Positions 49,140 through 58,761 of a stretch of DNA of 64,000 nt are shown here, piece by piece (position 1 is the first letter of the stretch; each line of letters starts with the position of its first letter). The translations under genes were made by a program, and so were the position numbers. Origin of the DNA: an uncultured Rubrivirga sp. (lineage in GTDB: Bacteria > Actinomycetota > Actinomycetes > S36-B12). Location of the stretch: assembly GCA_964385255.1 (NCBI GenBank), contig CAYLOH010000001.1, positions 58,792 to 122,791 of the forward strand, given 5' to 3'. The notes beneath the pieces were generated by a model. The model was not told the DNA's origin. It ran no database searches and saw nothing but the letters and a program-made list of their open reading frames with translations.

Positions 49140-50704
49140 CCGTGCACCTCCTGAGCGGAACGTCCGTCGCTGGACCGGAAATCGTCGGGAAAGTTATCCA
49201 GGGCGCTGAGCACGGGCATGGGCGTCAGCCCACCCATGGCACACAGCGAACCGTCGGTCATCACCTCGCACAAGTCGCGCAGCAGCATCTCATTGGATTC
49301 AGGATCCACCCCACGTCGGATCAGGTCAATGACTTCGGCGCCTCGAACCGAGCCGATGCGACACGGAGTGCACTTGCCGCAGGACTCCTCGGCGCAGAAT
49401 TCCATGGCGAAATGGGCTTGTTCGGCCATGTCGACCGTCTCGTCGAACACGACGAGACCACCGTGACCGAGCATGCCGCCGGCCTCGGCCAAGGACTCGT
49501 AGGCCATTGGCACCTCGAGCCGGTCCGCTGGTAGGTAAGCGCCGAGTGGGCCGCCGATCTGCACCGCCTTGACCGGTCGTTCGGATCGAGTGCCACCTCC
49601 GAATCCATAGACGAGTTCGCTCGCCGTCACACCGAATGCCACCTCGACGATGCCACCGCGCGCGATGTTCCCCGCCAATTGGAAGACCTGGGTTCCCTGA
49701 GAGCGTCCGATACCGAGGGCTGCGTAGTCCTGCGCACCTCGCGCCAGGATCGATGGAACACTCGCGATGGTCAAGACATTGTTCACAACCGTCGGTGTAC
49801 CGAAGAGGCCTTCGACGGCCGGTATCGGCGGCTTGGCGCGAACCATTCCGCGTCTGCCTTCGATGCTCTCCAACATCGCGGTTTCCTCGCCGCACACATA
49901 CGAACCCGCGCCGACTCGCACCTCGACGTCGAAGGGCACGTTCGAATCCAGAATGGATTCACCGATCCAACCCTGCTGGTAGGCGATCGCGATGGCCTTC
50001 TCGACGGTGGCGATGGCATCGGGGTACTCCGAGCGGATGTAAATGATGCCCCTGTCCGCTCCGACGGCGTACGCGGCGATCGCCATTCCCTCGAGCAGCG
50101 TGAAGGGATCGCCTTCCATCAGCATCCGATCCGCGAACGTTCCGCTGTCACCCTCGTCGGCGTTTACGCACACGTACTTGTGCGCCGGAGCCGACGGGTG
50201 GTCACCTCGGTGGCGACGCGCGGGCGTCTGAGCGACGGTTCGCCACTTGATGCCCGCAGGAAAACCAGCGCCTCCACGTCCGCGCAACCCGGACTCGATC
50301 ACCTCGTCGACCACGGCTTCCGGCTTCACCTTCACAGCCGCACGCAGACCCTCGATGCCGCCGTGCGTTCGATAAGCATCGGGGTCGAGCGGATCGATCA
50401 CGCCGACGCGGGAGAAGAGCCACCGATCTTGACGCGCGAAGAAGTCGATCTGCTCGACCGGCCCGAGGAAAGAAGGCGATGCCTCGTCGAGCACGGCATT
50501 CGTTACGTCGGCTGCGGCCACGTTCCCCCAGCCGACTCGCGCACCCGTCCGCTCGTCGATGCGTTCGACGAGCGGTTCGAGCCACAGCATGCCGCGACTG
50601 CCCGTTCGCACGATTGACTCCCCGCGCTGGATGAGCGCGTCGGCGACCTCGTCGGCACCCACCGAGCGCGCAGCGGAATCTCCTGGAACGAACCACACGC
50701 TCAC
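49136..50704 (-). CDS. fdsB: Formate dehydrogenase beta subunit (NuoF-like, FMN/NAD-binding)
   Basis: Has GLRGRGGAGFPAGIKW and ESCGKCTPCR. Confidence 0.88.
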   Translation of the reverse strand: MSVWFVPGDSAARSVGADEVADALIQRGESIVRTGSRGMLWLEPLVERIDERTGARVGWGNVAAADVTNAVLDEASPSFLGPVEQIDFFARQDRWLFSRVGVIDPLDPDAYRTHGGIEGLRAAVKVKPEAVVDEVIESGLRGRGGAGFPAGIKWRTVAQTPARRHRGDHPSAPAHKYVCVNADEGDSGTFADRMLMEGDPFTLLEGMAIAAYAVGADRGIIYIRSEYPDAIATVEKAIAIAYQQGWIGESILDSNVPFDVEVRVGAGSYVCGEETAMLESIEGRRGMVRAKPPIPAVEGLFGTPTVVNNVLTIASVPSILARGAQDYAALGIGRSQGTQVFQLAGNIARGGIVEVAFGVTASELVYGFGGGTRSERPVKAVQIGGPLGAYLPADRLEVPMAYESLAEAGGMLGHGGLVVFDETVDMAEQAHFAMEFCAEESCGKCTPCRIGSVRGAEVIDLIRRGVDPESNEMLLRDLCEVMTDGSLCAMGGLTPMPVLSALDNFPDDFRSSDGRSAQEVHG

Positions 50705-51186
50705 GAGCCACCCCCAGGAGCCATCGTCCGGACGCGACGCTCGATCGACTCCACGCTGGCTCGGCCGAGCAGTTCCCCGCCAATGGAAGCCGCCGGCCCC
50801 AGGGCGCAGTTGCCCAAGCAGAAGACGGGTTCGTCGACGCCCGTCAGTGCAGCGAGATCGGGGTCCGCTTCACATGCTCGGCGCCACTGACGCTCGAGCT
50901 CGCGGGCTCCGACGGCCTGGCACGCCTCGGCCGCGCACAGTCGGACCGGCACGGCAGCCGGTGGAGTGGTTCGAAGATCGGAGTAGAACGTCAGCACGCC
51001 GTGAACGTCCGCGCGCGAAACGTTGCAGCTCTCGGCGACGATCCCGATGGCCTCGGCGGGCACGTATCCGAAGCGCTCCTGGATGCCCTGAAGGCACCGA
51101 AGGACGGGCCCGGGTTCATCACAGATCCCCGAGACGACATCCCGGGCTGCTTCTTCAGACCACGAGTCGAAGTGAGTTCCGGTCAT
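50701..51186 (-). CDS. fdsG: Formate dehydrogenase gamma subunit (NuoE-like 2Fe-2S)
   Basis: Start ATG 51186 shares one nt with the fdhD stop (TGATG). Shows NuoE-type cysteines (CAAEACQAVG, CLGNCALGP). Confidence 0.8.
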   Translation of the reverse strand: MTGTHFDSWSEEAARDVVSGICDEPGPVLRCLQGIQERFGYVPAEAIGIVAESCNVSRADVHGVLTFYSDLRTTPPAAVPVRLCAAEACQAVGARELERQWRRACEADPDLAALTGVDEPVFCLGNCALGPAASIGGELLGRASVESIERRVRTMAPGGGS

Positions 51187-52037
51187 CACGCTCGCACCCA
51201 CTCACCGCCGGAGTAGACGTTCATCCGGTCTTCTCGAGCGAAGCCGATGAGAAGGAGGTCGTACCGGCGGGCTACTTCCACCGCCAAGGTCGTTGGACCG
51301 GACACCGCGACGATCGAACCGATGCAAGCGCTCAAAGCCTTGGCGACGATCTCGTAGGAGACGCGACCGCTGACCACCAACACGTGATTGGTGAGAGGGA
51401 GCAGACCGTCCATCAGAGCACGGCCGATCACCTTGTCCACTGCGTTGTGCCGACCGACGTCCTCGCGCACGAAAAGCACCTCGGAGTCCGGGCCTACGAG
51501 TGCGGCAGCGTGCAGTGCACCCGTGAGGTCGAACATCTTCTGACGAGACCGCATCTGCTCTATCAGGTCCAATGCCTGCTGTGGCTCGAGCCGCCACCCC
51601 GGCGTATGGAGCTCCGCGTACGGATCCGGGACGGCGTCGATGACGTCGGCGCTGCATACGCCGCATGAACTGGACGTCACATAAGCACGTGGACGTGGAG
51701 GGACTATGCCCGGAGCTATCCGCACGCGGACCGTGTCGACCTCATCGGCCTCGGATCCATTCGAGGATTCCGCACCCGAGCTCGAGGACGCGGCGAGTGC
51801 CTTCATCTCCACGATGTCGTCGGCGTGACGAAGGCCGGCCTCGCTCACCAACCAACCCGCGGCAAGATCCAGATCGTGACCGGGCGTCCTCATCGTGGTC
51901 GCGACAACCTCACCCTGGACCACGAGCGTCAAGGGTGACTCGACCACTATTCGATCGATGCGGTCGATGCGCTTGGAGCCGCGGCGCGTGACATCCTCGA
52001 GCCGAATGGTCGGCCGTGGACTCGTGGTGTGGCCCAC
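51186..52037 (-). CDS. fdhD: Formate dehydrogenase accessory sulfurtransferase FdhD
   Basis: Has TMRTPGHDLDLAAGWL, SSSCGVCS and GRHNAVDK. Confidence 0.88.
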   Translation of the reverse strand: MGHTTSPRPTIRLEDVTRRGSKRIDRIDRIVVESPLTLVVQGEVVATTMRTPGHDLDLAAGWLVSEAGLRHADDIVEMKALAASSSSGAESSNGSEADEVDTVRVRIAPGIVPPRPRAYVTSSSCGVCSADVIDAVPDPYAELHTPGWRLEPQQALDLIEQMRSRQKMFDLTGALHAAALVGPDSEVLFVREDVGRHNAVDKVIGRALMDGLLPLTNHVLVVSGRVSYEIVAKALSACIGSIVAVSGPTTLAVEVARRYDLLLIGFAREDRMNVYSGGEWVRA

Positions 52038-52039
52038 GG

Positions 52040-53725
52040 CTAGAACAACCCCACTACCTGACCGTCGAGGATGTCGATGCGTTCGCTCGACGGCACCTTC
52101 GGCAAACCGGGCATCGTCATGATGTCCCCGCAGACAGCGACGATGAACCCGGCGCCGGCCGAGAGCCGAACCTCACGGATATTCATGGAGTGGCCAGACG
52201 GAGCGCCACGCAAGGAAGGGTCGGTGGAGAAGGAGTACTGCGTCTTCGCGATGCACACGGGCAGGTGGCCGTACCCCTCCTCGGCCAACTCACGCATGCG
52301 AGATCGGACTTTGGAATCGGCGGTGACCTCCGACGCCCCGTAGATCTTCGTCGCGATGGCCTCCACCTTCTCCCATAACGTCGCGTTGTCGGGATAGACG
52401 AAAGATCCGTGACCGGCATCAACCGGACGCTCATCCTCGTCGCAGATGCCTGCCACGATGCGCGCCAACTCTGCCGCGCCCGCCCCACCATCAGCCCAGT
52501 GACTCGCGAGCACGATCGGCACACCGAGAGATTCCACGTGGGATCGCAGAAGTTCGATTTCCGCCGGTGTGTCGGTGACGAATTGATTGATCGAGACCAC
52601 AGGTGGGACGCCATAGTGATCACGCACATTGGCAATGTGCCTTTCCAGATTCACCATTCCGGCCTTCAGCGCATCCAGGTCTTCGTTAGTCAAGTGCTTG
52701 GCGTCGGCCCCCCCGTGATACTTCAATGCCCGGATGGTCGCGACGATCACTGCTGCGGAGGGGTGGAGCCCCGCACTTCGACACGTGATGTCGATGAACT
52801 TTTCCGCACCGAGGTCGGCTCCGAACCCGGCCTCCGTCACGACGTAGTCCGCCAGCCGCAGCGCGCCGGTTGTCGCGATGACACTGTTGCACCCGTGTGC
52901 GATGTTCGCGAAAGGTCCACCGTGGACGAAGGCAGGCGTCCCGTCGAGGGTTTGCACCAGGTTCGGTGACAGTGCGTCCTTGAGCAGGACCGTCATGGCG
53001 CCCTCGGCGCTTAGATCGCTCGCTCGGATGGGGTGCTTGTCTCGCGTGTATCCGACGACGATTCGCCCTATGCGCTCCTTGAGATCCGCGAGATCGGTGG
53101 CCAGGCAGAAGATCGCCATGATCTCCGATGCGACGACGATGTCGAAACCGTCCTGACGTGGGAAGCCGTTTCCAGGACCACCGAGCGCAACGGTGATGTC
53201 TCGGAGAGCGCGATCGTTCATGTCCACGACACGCTTCCACGTCACGCGTCGGACATCGATTCCCAGTGAATTGCCGTGGTGGATGTGATTGTCGATCAGC
53301 GCTGCCAGGAGGTTGTTCGCGAGAGCTATCGCGTTGAAGTCCCCCGTGAAGTGCAGGTTGATGTCCTCCATCGGCACCACCTGGGCTCGACCGCCACCAG
53401 CGGCGCCTCCCTTCATGCCGAAGACCGGCCCAAGCGAGGGTTCCCTCAGGCAGATCATCGCGTTCTTGCCGATATGCCGCAGGCCGTCACCCAGTCCGAC
53501 GGTCGTGGTGGTCTTGCCTTCTCCGGGTGGAGTCGGACTGATGGCGGTGACCAGCACCATGCGTGCATGTGATCGAACGGGCTGTTGCAGCAACCAGTCA
53601 AGGCGGACTTTGGCCTTCGTTCGACCGTACGGTTCCAACGCGTCTTCGGGGATGCCGATCAAGGCGGCGATCTCAGGTATCGGCGTCAGCGTCGCCGCCT
53701 GGGCGATCTCGATGTCGGTAGGCAT
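52040..53725 (-). CDS. fhs: Formate--tetrahydrofolate ligase
   Basis: 561 aa. Has [15 protein letters not shown] and matches the FTHFS family along its full length. Confidence 0.95.
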   Translation of the reverse strand: MPTDIEIAQAATLTPIPEIAALIGIPEDALEPYGRTKAKVRLDWLLQQPVRSHARMVLVTAISPTPPGEGKTTTTVGLGDGLRHIGKNAMICLREPSLGPVFGMKGGAAGGGRAQVVPMEDINLHFTGDFNAIALANNLLAALIDNHIHHGNSLGIDVRRVTWKRVVDMNDRALRDITVALGGPGNGFPRQDGFDIVVASEIMAIFCLATDLADLKERIGRIVVGYTRDKHPIRASDLSAEGAMTVLLKDALSPNLVQTLDGTPAFVHGGPFANIAHGCNSVIATTGALRLADYVVTEAGFGADLGAEKFIDITCRSAGLHPSAAVIVATIRALKYHGGADAKHLTNEDLDALKAGMVNLERHIANVRDHYGVPPVVSINQFVTDTPAEIELLRSHVESLGVPIVLASHWADGGAGAAELARIVAGICDEDERPVDAGHGSFVYPDNATLWEKVEAIATKIYGASEVTADSKVRSRMRELAEEGYGHLPVCIAKTQYSFSTDPSLRGAPSGHSMNIREVRLSAGAGFIVAVCGDIMTMPGLPKVPSSERIDILDGQVVGLF

Positions 53726-53737
53726 AGGTATTCCTCG

Positions 53738-54700
53738 TCACGCGCCCTGTGCGGCGCGTGCCTTCTCGATCAAGATGGGCAGCAGGGAATGCAGGTTGTC
53801 CACCACCGCGTAGTCCGCGTGGGCCATGATCGGCGCCTGCGCGTCGGTATTGATGGCGATCAAGGTCTTAGCGGACTTGCACCCCGCTATGTGCTGGGTC
53901 GCCCCGCTGATGCCGAACGCGAGATACAACTCGGGTGCCACCTTCGTGCCCGTTTGCCCGACCTGCTCCGCATGTGGACGCCAGCCAGCCGCGGTCACGA
54001 CCCGCGAGCACCCCACCGCACCGCCGAGGATGTCGGCGAGCTCTTCGAGCATCGCGAATGCCTCAGGACCGTCCATACCGCGACCACCCGAGACGACGAC
54101 CTTCGCTTCGGCCAATCCGACGCCGGTCGCTAGGGCTCCCGTTCGATCCTCGATCCGAACCACCAGATCCGCATCGGACAGAGGTACGTCGAACATCTGC
54201 GTTGTGGCCGATCCCGGGTTCTCCTGGGCGGCTACGGAATGCGCCTGCACCGAGGCCAACAGCGGACTTCCCGTCACCTTGCTGTTCTCCAATAGGTTGC
54301 CGCCCCAGCGCGCCCGGGTGACTTCGGCGGTCTCCGGCGAGGTCAGGGTGATCCCGCTGCACTCGGCAACGAATGCCACATCTCGGACGGCGGCGACGTG
54401 GGCGAGCACTTCGTTGCCACGTGGCGTACTGGCTGCGAGAACAACTCGGGGCGACGTTTGCTCCATGACCGAGAGCACCGCGCGCGCATTTGCCAGCGGG
54501 GTGTAGTCCGCGAGTCGATCATCGACTCCGTGATGCACGGTACGCACGCCGTACTTGGCAAGTTCGTCGGCGCATTTCTCCGCATTAGCGCCGACAACCA
54601 CGGCCTGGACGTCGTCGTCGATGGAACGCGCCATAGTCGCTACTTGACCGGCGAGAGGGTCGATCTCTCCCCGATCGTGATCGACATACATCAAGATCAT
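53738..54700 (-). CDS. etfA: Electron transfer flavoprotein alpha subunit
   Basis: Starts at ATG 54700 (MILMYVDHD), with an ATGA overlap on the etfB stop. Has the C-terminal FAD motif LYLAFGISGATQHIAG. The tracked 631-aa ORF is a frame artefact upstream of 54700. Confidence 0.9.
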   Translation of the reverse strand: MILMYVDHDRGEIDPLAGQVATMARSIDDDVQAVVVGANAEKCADELAKYGVRTVHHGVDDRLADYTPLANARAVLSVMEQTSPRVVLAASTPRGNEVLAHVAAVRDVAFVAECSGITLTSPETAEVTRARWGGNLLENSKVTGSPLLASVQAHSVAAQENPGSATTQMFDVPLSDADLVVRIEDRTGALATGVGLAEAKVVVSGGRGMDGPEAFAMLEELADILGGAVGCSRVVTAAGWRPHAEQVGQTGTKVAPELYLAFGISGATQHIAGCKSAKTLIAINTDAQAPIMAHADYAVVDNLHSLLPILIEKARAAQGA

Positions 54701-55455
54701 GACAACACTCCGATCTGCTTCATCACATCGACGAGGGCTTCGGCCGCCTGCTCGCCAGCGCCGAGGTTTTGAGCACCCTTGGATTCGCGGACCGGTGCCG
54801 TCAGGTTCAGCAGTTCGATGCGCGGTGCATCGAGATTCGCCTGCACTTCGTCGATGGGCTTCTTGCGGGCCTTGATGCGTCCGGGCACCGACGGGTAGCG
54901 AGGAATGTTCAATCCATCCTTCACGGTCACGACTGCCGGCAAAGGAACCCGATACACCTCGCGCATGCTTCCCACGGCCCGCTCGCACGTGGCGACGCCG
55001 TCGGTGATGCGCATGCCCTTGACCGCCGTGACGACGGGCCGCCCGAGCCGGTGCGCCAATCGCACCCCGGTCTGGGAATTCGCGTTGTCCGCGCTCTCCG
55101 ATCCCAGCAGGATCAGATCGAAGGGGGTGCCGTCGGCTTCGATCGCGTCGCCGAGCGCCTTGGCTGCGGCCTGAGGATCCACGTCGGTCGAATCGGAACG
55201 GATCCAGATCGCCCGATCGGCGCCGATGGCGAACTGCTCGCGGATCTGCTCCTCGACTCCCTCCGGTCCCAAGGACACCAGCGTGACCGTTCCCCCGAAC
55301 TCCTCCTTCAGTTGCACGGCGGCTTCGACGGCGCATTCCTCGTGCGGACTCAAGGTGAATCCCAACTTGTCGGTGTCGATCGCCATAGCGTCGTCGGTCA
55401 GCATGATGGCGCTGCCGAGTAGCGGGTACCTCTTGATGCAGACGCAGATCTCCAT
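54697..55455 (-). CDS. etfB: Electron transfer flavoprotein beta subunit
   Basis: 252 aa beginning MEICVCIKRYP. The start shares one nt with the stop of the upstream dehydrogenase gene (TGATG). Confidence 0.9.
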   Translation of the reverse strand: MEICVCIKRYPLLGSAIMLTDDAMAIDTDKLGFTLSPHEECAVEAAVQLKEEFGGTVTLVSLGPEGVEEQIREQFAIGADRAIWIRSDSTDVDPQAAAKALGDAIEADGTPFDLILLGSESADNANSQTGVRLAHRLGRPVVTAVKGMRITDGVATCERAVGSMREVYRVPLPAVVTVKDGLNIPRYPSVPGRIKARKKPIDEVQANLDAPRIELLNLTAPVRESKGAQNLGAGEQAAEALVDVMKQIGVLS

Positions 55456-57983
55456 CAGCCGGTGATCCGTTCGTTAGCAGGGTCGAACAACGGGGTTGCG
55501 CCCACTCGTTCGACGACGACGGGGTAGCGCTCGCCGAGGTACTCCACCAGCAGGTCCGTGCCTTCGACCGCATGCTCCGGCGGCAGGTAGGCCATGAGTA
55601 GGTGCTTGCCGAGCGAGGGAGCCGATCCCGCACTGGTCACGAACGACCGTCGTCCGTGCTTGTCCGTGATCGGCGCTCCGTCGAGGGTCAGTACGGGCTC
55701 CATGCCGAGCATGTAGCGCTTCTCCCCCGTGGAACTCGTGTGGTCCGTGACCGACAACGTGCACATCACGGCAATCGGATCCTCGTCCCGCTGGGCGAGG
55801 TAGGCCTCCTTGCCGATGAACTCCTGATCCTTCACCTTCTTCAGGGCCATGCCGGCTTCGACGAGGTTGTACTCGCTGTCCAGCTCGGCACCGTAGGCGC
55901 GGTAGCCCTTCTCCAGCCGCCCTGTCGTGCCGTAGACGCCGATGCCTACCGGGATCAGCCCGTGTTGCTGGCCTGCATGCCACACCATGTCCCACAACTT
56001 GGCGCCTTGTTCCATGGGCAGGTACAACTCCCAGCCGAGGTCGCCCACGTAGGAGATGCGCGACGCGAGCACCCGTAGCGGACCCATCTCGATCACCCGA
56101 CAGGTTCCGAAGGGGTGACCCTCGTTGGACATGTCGGCCTTCGTGAGGGATTGGATGATCGCGCGCGCGTTCGGACCCCACACGCCGAGGGTCGTCATGG
56201 CGGACGTCAGATCCTGGATCTGTGCGCTGCCATCCGCCGGCAACTGATCGGCGAACCACTTCTTGTCCGCCATGCCGTGAGCGCCACCGGTCACCACACG
56301 GAAGTGATGGGTTCCCAAACGCATGATGGTGAGGTCTGACTTGAAGCCGCCTCGCGGAGTGAGTACCGGCGTGTAGATGACCTTGCCCACCGCGACGTCC
56401 ATTTGACGAACCGCAGTCCGTTGTACGACATCCAGTGCCCCTGGGCCGACGATGTCGAAGATCGCGAACGCGGTGAGATCGATCATGCCGGCCGTCTCCC
56501 GCATCTGGAGGTGCTCGGCATTGATGATCGGCGACCACCAGCGCGAATCCCATTCGGCCGTCCGCGGCATCACCGCGTCGCCGAACTTCTCCACCAAGGC
56601 GGCGTTGCTCTCGTACCAGAACGGGCGTTCCCAGCCGACGGTCTCGTAGAAGACCGCACCGAGAGCCTTCTCCTGTTCGTAGTAGGGCGAGAGCCGAACG
56701 TTGCGATTACTGCCCCATTGCTCCCCCGGATGGATGATCCCGTAGGTCTTGATGAAGCCCTCGGAGGTACGCGCGACGATGTGCTCGCGAGTCTTGTGAT
56801 GTTCGTAGAAGCGGGAAACGTCGGCGCCGTGCAGGTCGATCTCCGGCTCGCCCAGCACGATCCACTCGGCGATCGATTTGCCCACTCCCGGACCTTCCTT
56901 GATCCAGACGGCTGCGGCGGACCACAGTCCCTTGACTTCGGGCGTCTCGCCGAGGATCGGTGCACCATCGGGTGTCAAGGAGAGCAAGCCGTTGCAGGCG
57001 TACTTCTCCCCAACGCTTTCGTCGCCCACGATGTCGGGCATCAATTCCAGCGCGTGCTCGTCTTGGAGATCGAAGTCCTCCTGCGTGAACGGCATCTCCG
57101 TCGGCGAGAGTGCTGCTTGCTCGTTGGAGGGAATCTCATCGGCTTCGTACAGGATCGCCCGGTGGGCGTACGACCCGATTTCCAGTCCGGTGCCGTGCTG
57201 CCGCTCGTACATGAACGTGTCCATGTCGCGGATGATCGGCCACTCGATGTCGCCTTTGGTATCGGCGAAGAAGGGCACCGGGCCGATGTCCTTCATCTGG
57301 TGCACGGCCGGCGTCAGCGGGATGGCAGCCCCCGCCATGGCGGCTATTCGCGGACTCCACACCCCGCAGGCGACCACGACGCACTCCGTGGCGATGGTGC
57401 CGCGGTCGGTGACGACCGCCGAGACTTTCCCATCGGTCACTTCGATGTCCAAGACTTCGGTATTGGACAAGCTCGTCAGCGCACCCAGTTCTTGGGCACG
57501 CTCGCGCATGATCGTGCCGGCGCGTAACGAATCCACCACACCTACGGACGGGGTCCAGAATCCACCGAGGATCACAGACTCGTCGATGTAGGGAACCTTC
57601 TCCTTCACCTGTTCGGGTGTGAGTAACTCGGTGTCATTGATGTCGAAGGACTTCGCCGACTGCATACGACGGGTCAGTTCCTGCATGCGGTCCTCTGTGC
57701 GAGCGACTTCGATGCCGCCACACTCCGTGAAGACACCCATCTCCTTGTACTGCTTCATGCTTTCGAGCGTGAGTTGGGTGATCTCCTTGCTGTGATCGGT
57801 GGGGAAGATGAAGTTGGACGCATGGCCGGTGGAGCCACCGGGATTGGGCAATGGACCCTTGTCCACTTGCACGATGTCCCTCCAACCCAACCGTGCTAGG
57901 TGGTACACGATCGAGTTGCCGACGATGCCCGCGCCGATGACGACACACTGTGCGCTGGTGGGCGCCTTCGGTTCTTCTGCCAT
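55455..57983 (-). CDS. Dimethylglycine/sarcosine dehydrogenase-family flavoenzyme (DAO domain plus GcvT folate-binding domain)
   Basis: Has the N-terminal motif CVVIGAGIVGNS and a C-terminal aminomethyltransferase-like half, about 840 aa in all. Start taken as ATG 57983 (AAGGA upstream); ATG 58016 is possible. Confidence 0.85.
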   Translation of the reverse strand: MAEEPKAPTSAQCVVIGAGIVGNSIVYHLARLGWRDIVQVDKGPLPNPGGSTGHASNFIFPTDHSKEITQLTLESMKQYKEMGVFTECGGIEVARTEDRMQELTRRMQSAKSFDINDTELLTPEQVKEKVPYIDESVILGGFWTPSVGVVDSLRAGTIMRERAQELGALTSLSNTEVLDIEVTDGKVSAVVTDRGTIATECVVVACGVWSPRIAAMAGAAIPLTPAVHQMKDIGPVPFFADTKGDIEWPIIRDMDTFMYERQHGTGLEIGSYAHRAILYEADEIPSNEQAALSPTEMPFTQEDFDLQDEHALELMPDIVGDESVGEKYACNGLLSLTPDGAPILGETPEVKGLWSAAAVWIKEGPGVGKSIAEWIVLGEPEIDLHGADVSRFYEHHKTREHIVARTSEGFIKTYGIIHPGEQWGSNRNVRLSPYYEQEKALGAVFYETVGWERPFWYESNAALVEKFGDAVMPRTAEWDSRWWSPIINAEHLQMRETAGMIDLTAFAIFDIVGPGALDVVQRTAVRQMDVAVGKVIYTPVLTPRGGFKSDLTIMRLGTHHFRVVTGGAHGMADKKWFADQLPADGSAQIQDLTSAMTTLGVWGPNARAIIQSLTKADMSNEGHPFGTCRVIEMGPLRVLASRISYVGDLGWELYLPMEQGAKLWDMVWHAGQQHGLIPVGIGVYGTTGRLEKGYRAYGAELDSEYNLVEAGMALKKVKDQEFIGKEAYLAQRDEDPIAVMCTLSVTDHTSSTGEKRYMLGMEPVLTLDGAPITDKHGRRSFVTSAGSAPSLGKHLLMAYLPPEHAVEGTDLLVEYLGERYPVVVERVGATPLFDPANERITG

Positions 57984-58031
57984 GTCTTTCCGATCCTTTT
58001 CTCGTAGGACTTGCATTGCTCGACTTGCTAC

Positions 58032-58673
58032 TTACAGGGCGCGACGCATCTCCGCCTCGAACCCCTCGATGTGCTTGCTCATGACAACCGCGGCTCGCTC
58101 GGCGTCACCATCACGGATGGCTTCCAATATCTCGCGGTGCTCGAGGACCGCTTGCTGCAGGTGCGTGACCTTCGTCAGACCGAGAAACCAGATGCGAAGT
58201 GCGTGCGTGTAGTAGTTGTCCAGATCATGGGCGAGATAGGCGTTGTGACTCGCCTGATACACGCAATGGTGGATTCGCTCGTCGAGGTCCATCAGAACCG
58301 TCCGGTGCTCGTCGACACCACTTCGCTCGAAGATCTCCAGGTCCGCCAACAGGCCGTCGATGACAGCGAGGTCATCCGCGTCGCGGCGACTAGCGGCCAA
58401 GGAGGCAGCGAACGGTTCGAGTTGTTCACGCACCTCGCTGATCGCGCGCAGATCTCTCGGGTCAACCCCCGCCACGAACATGCCACGGCGCGGGTACACC
58501 TCGATGAGGTGCTCGGACGCCAGTGCGCGCAGGGCTTCGCGCACTGGCGTCCGGCCCAGTCCGAGTTGTTCACACAACCCGGATTCACTGATCACCGCTC
58601 CGGGCTCGAGCTCGGCGGTGCAGATCATGCGGCGAAGACGCCCATAGGCCTGGTCGGCTAGGGACTGCGTCAT
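58032..58673 (-). CDS. GntR-family (FadR-like) transcriptional regulator
   Basis: Starts at ATG 58673. Has the wHTH segment ISESGLCEQLGLGRTPVREALRAL and an all-helical C-terminal domain. Confidence 0.85.
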   Translation of the reverse strand: MTQSLADQAYGRLRRMICTAELEPGAVISESGLCEQLGLGRTPVREALRALASEHLIEVYPRRGMFVAGVDPRDLRAISEVREQLEPFAASLAASRRDADDLAVIDGLLADLEIFERSGVDEHRTVLMDLDERIHHCVYQASHNAYLAHDLDNYYTHALRIWFLGLTKVTHLQQAVLEHREILEAIRDGDAERAAVVMSKHIEGFEAEMRRAL

Positions 58674-58686
58674 CGCGGGAGCCACG

Positions 58687-58721
58687 TGTACAGATATATC
58701 AGTTCGCAGTGTTCTTGTACA
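58687..58721 (-). promoter_or_regulatory. Candidate gntR promoter with two TGTACA palindromes
   Basis: Minus-strand read: TGTACA (58721-58716), 17 nt, TATATC (58698-58693), TGTACA (58692-58687), 13 nt, then ATG 58673. This is consistent with a -35/-10 pair plus an operator overlapping +1. TGTACA also fits the GT..AC core of GntR-type boxes. Confidence 0.45.
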
Positions 58722-58761
58722 CCAGATTCCGGAAAGAGCCCCGCCTCCCGCCGTTTCGGCC

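Noticed and set aside
54701-55633. The N-terminal 310 aa of the tracked 631-aa ORF that ends as EtfA.
   Set aside because: This part overlaps etfB in another frame and is Arg-rich nonsense. A clean ATG at 54700 (MILMYVDHD) with an ATGA overlap to the etfB stop gives a normal-length EtfA.
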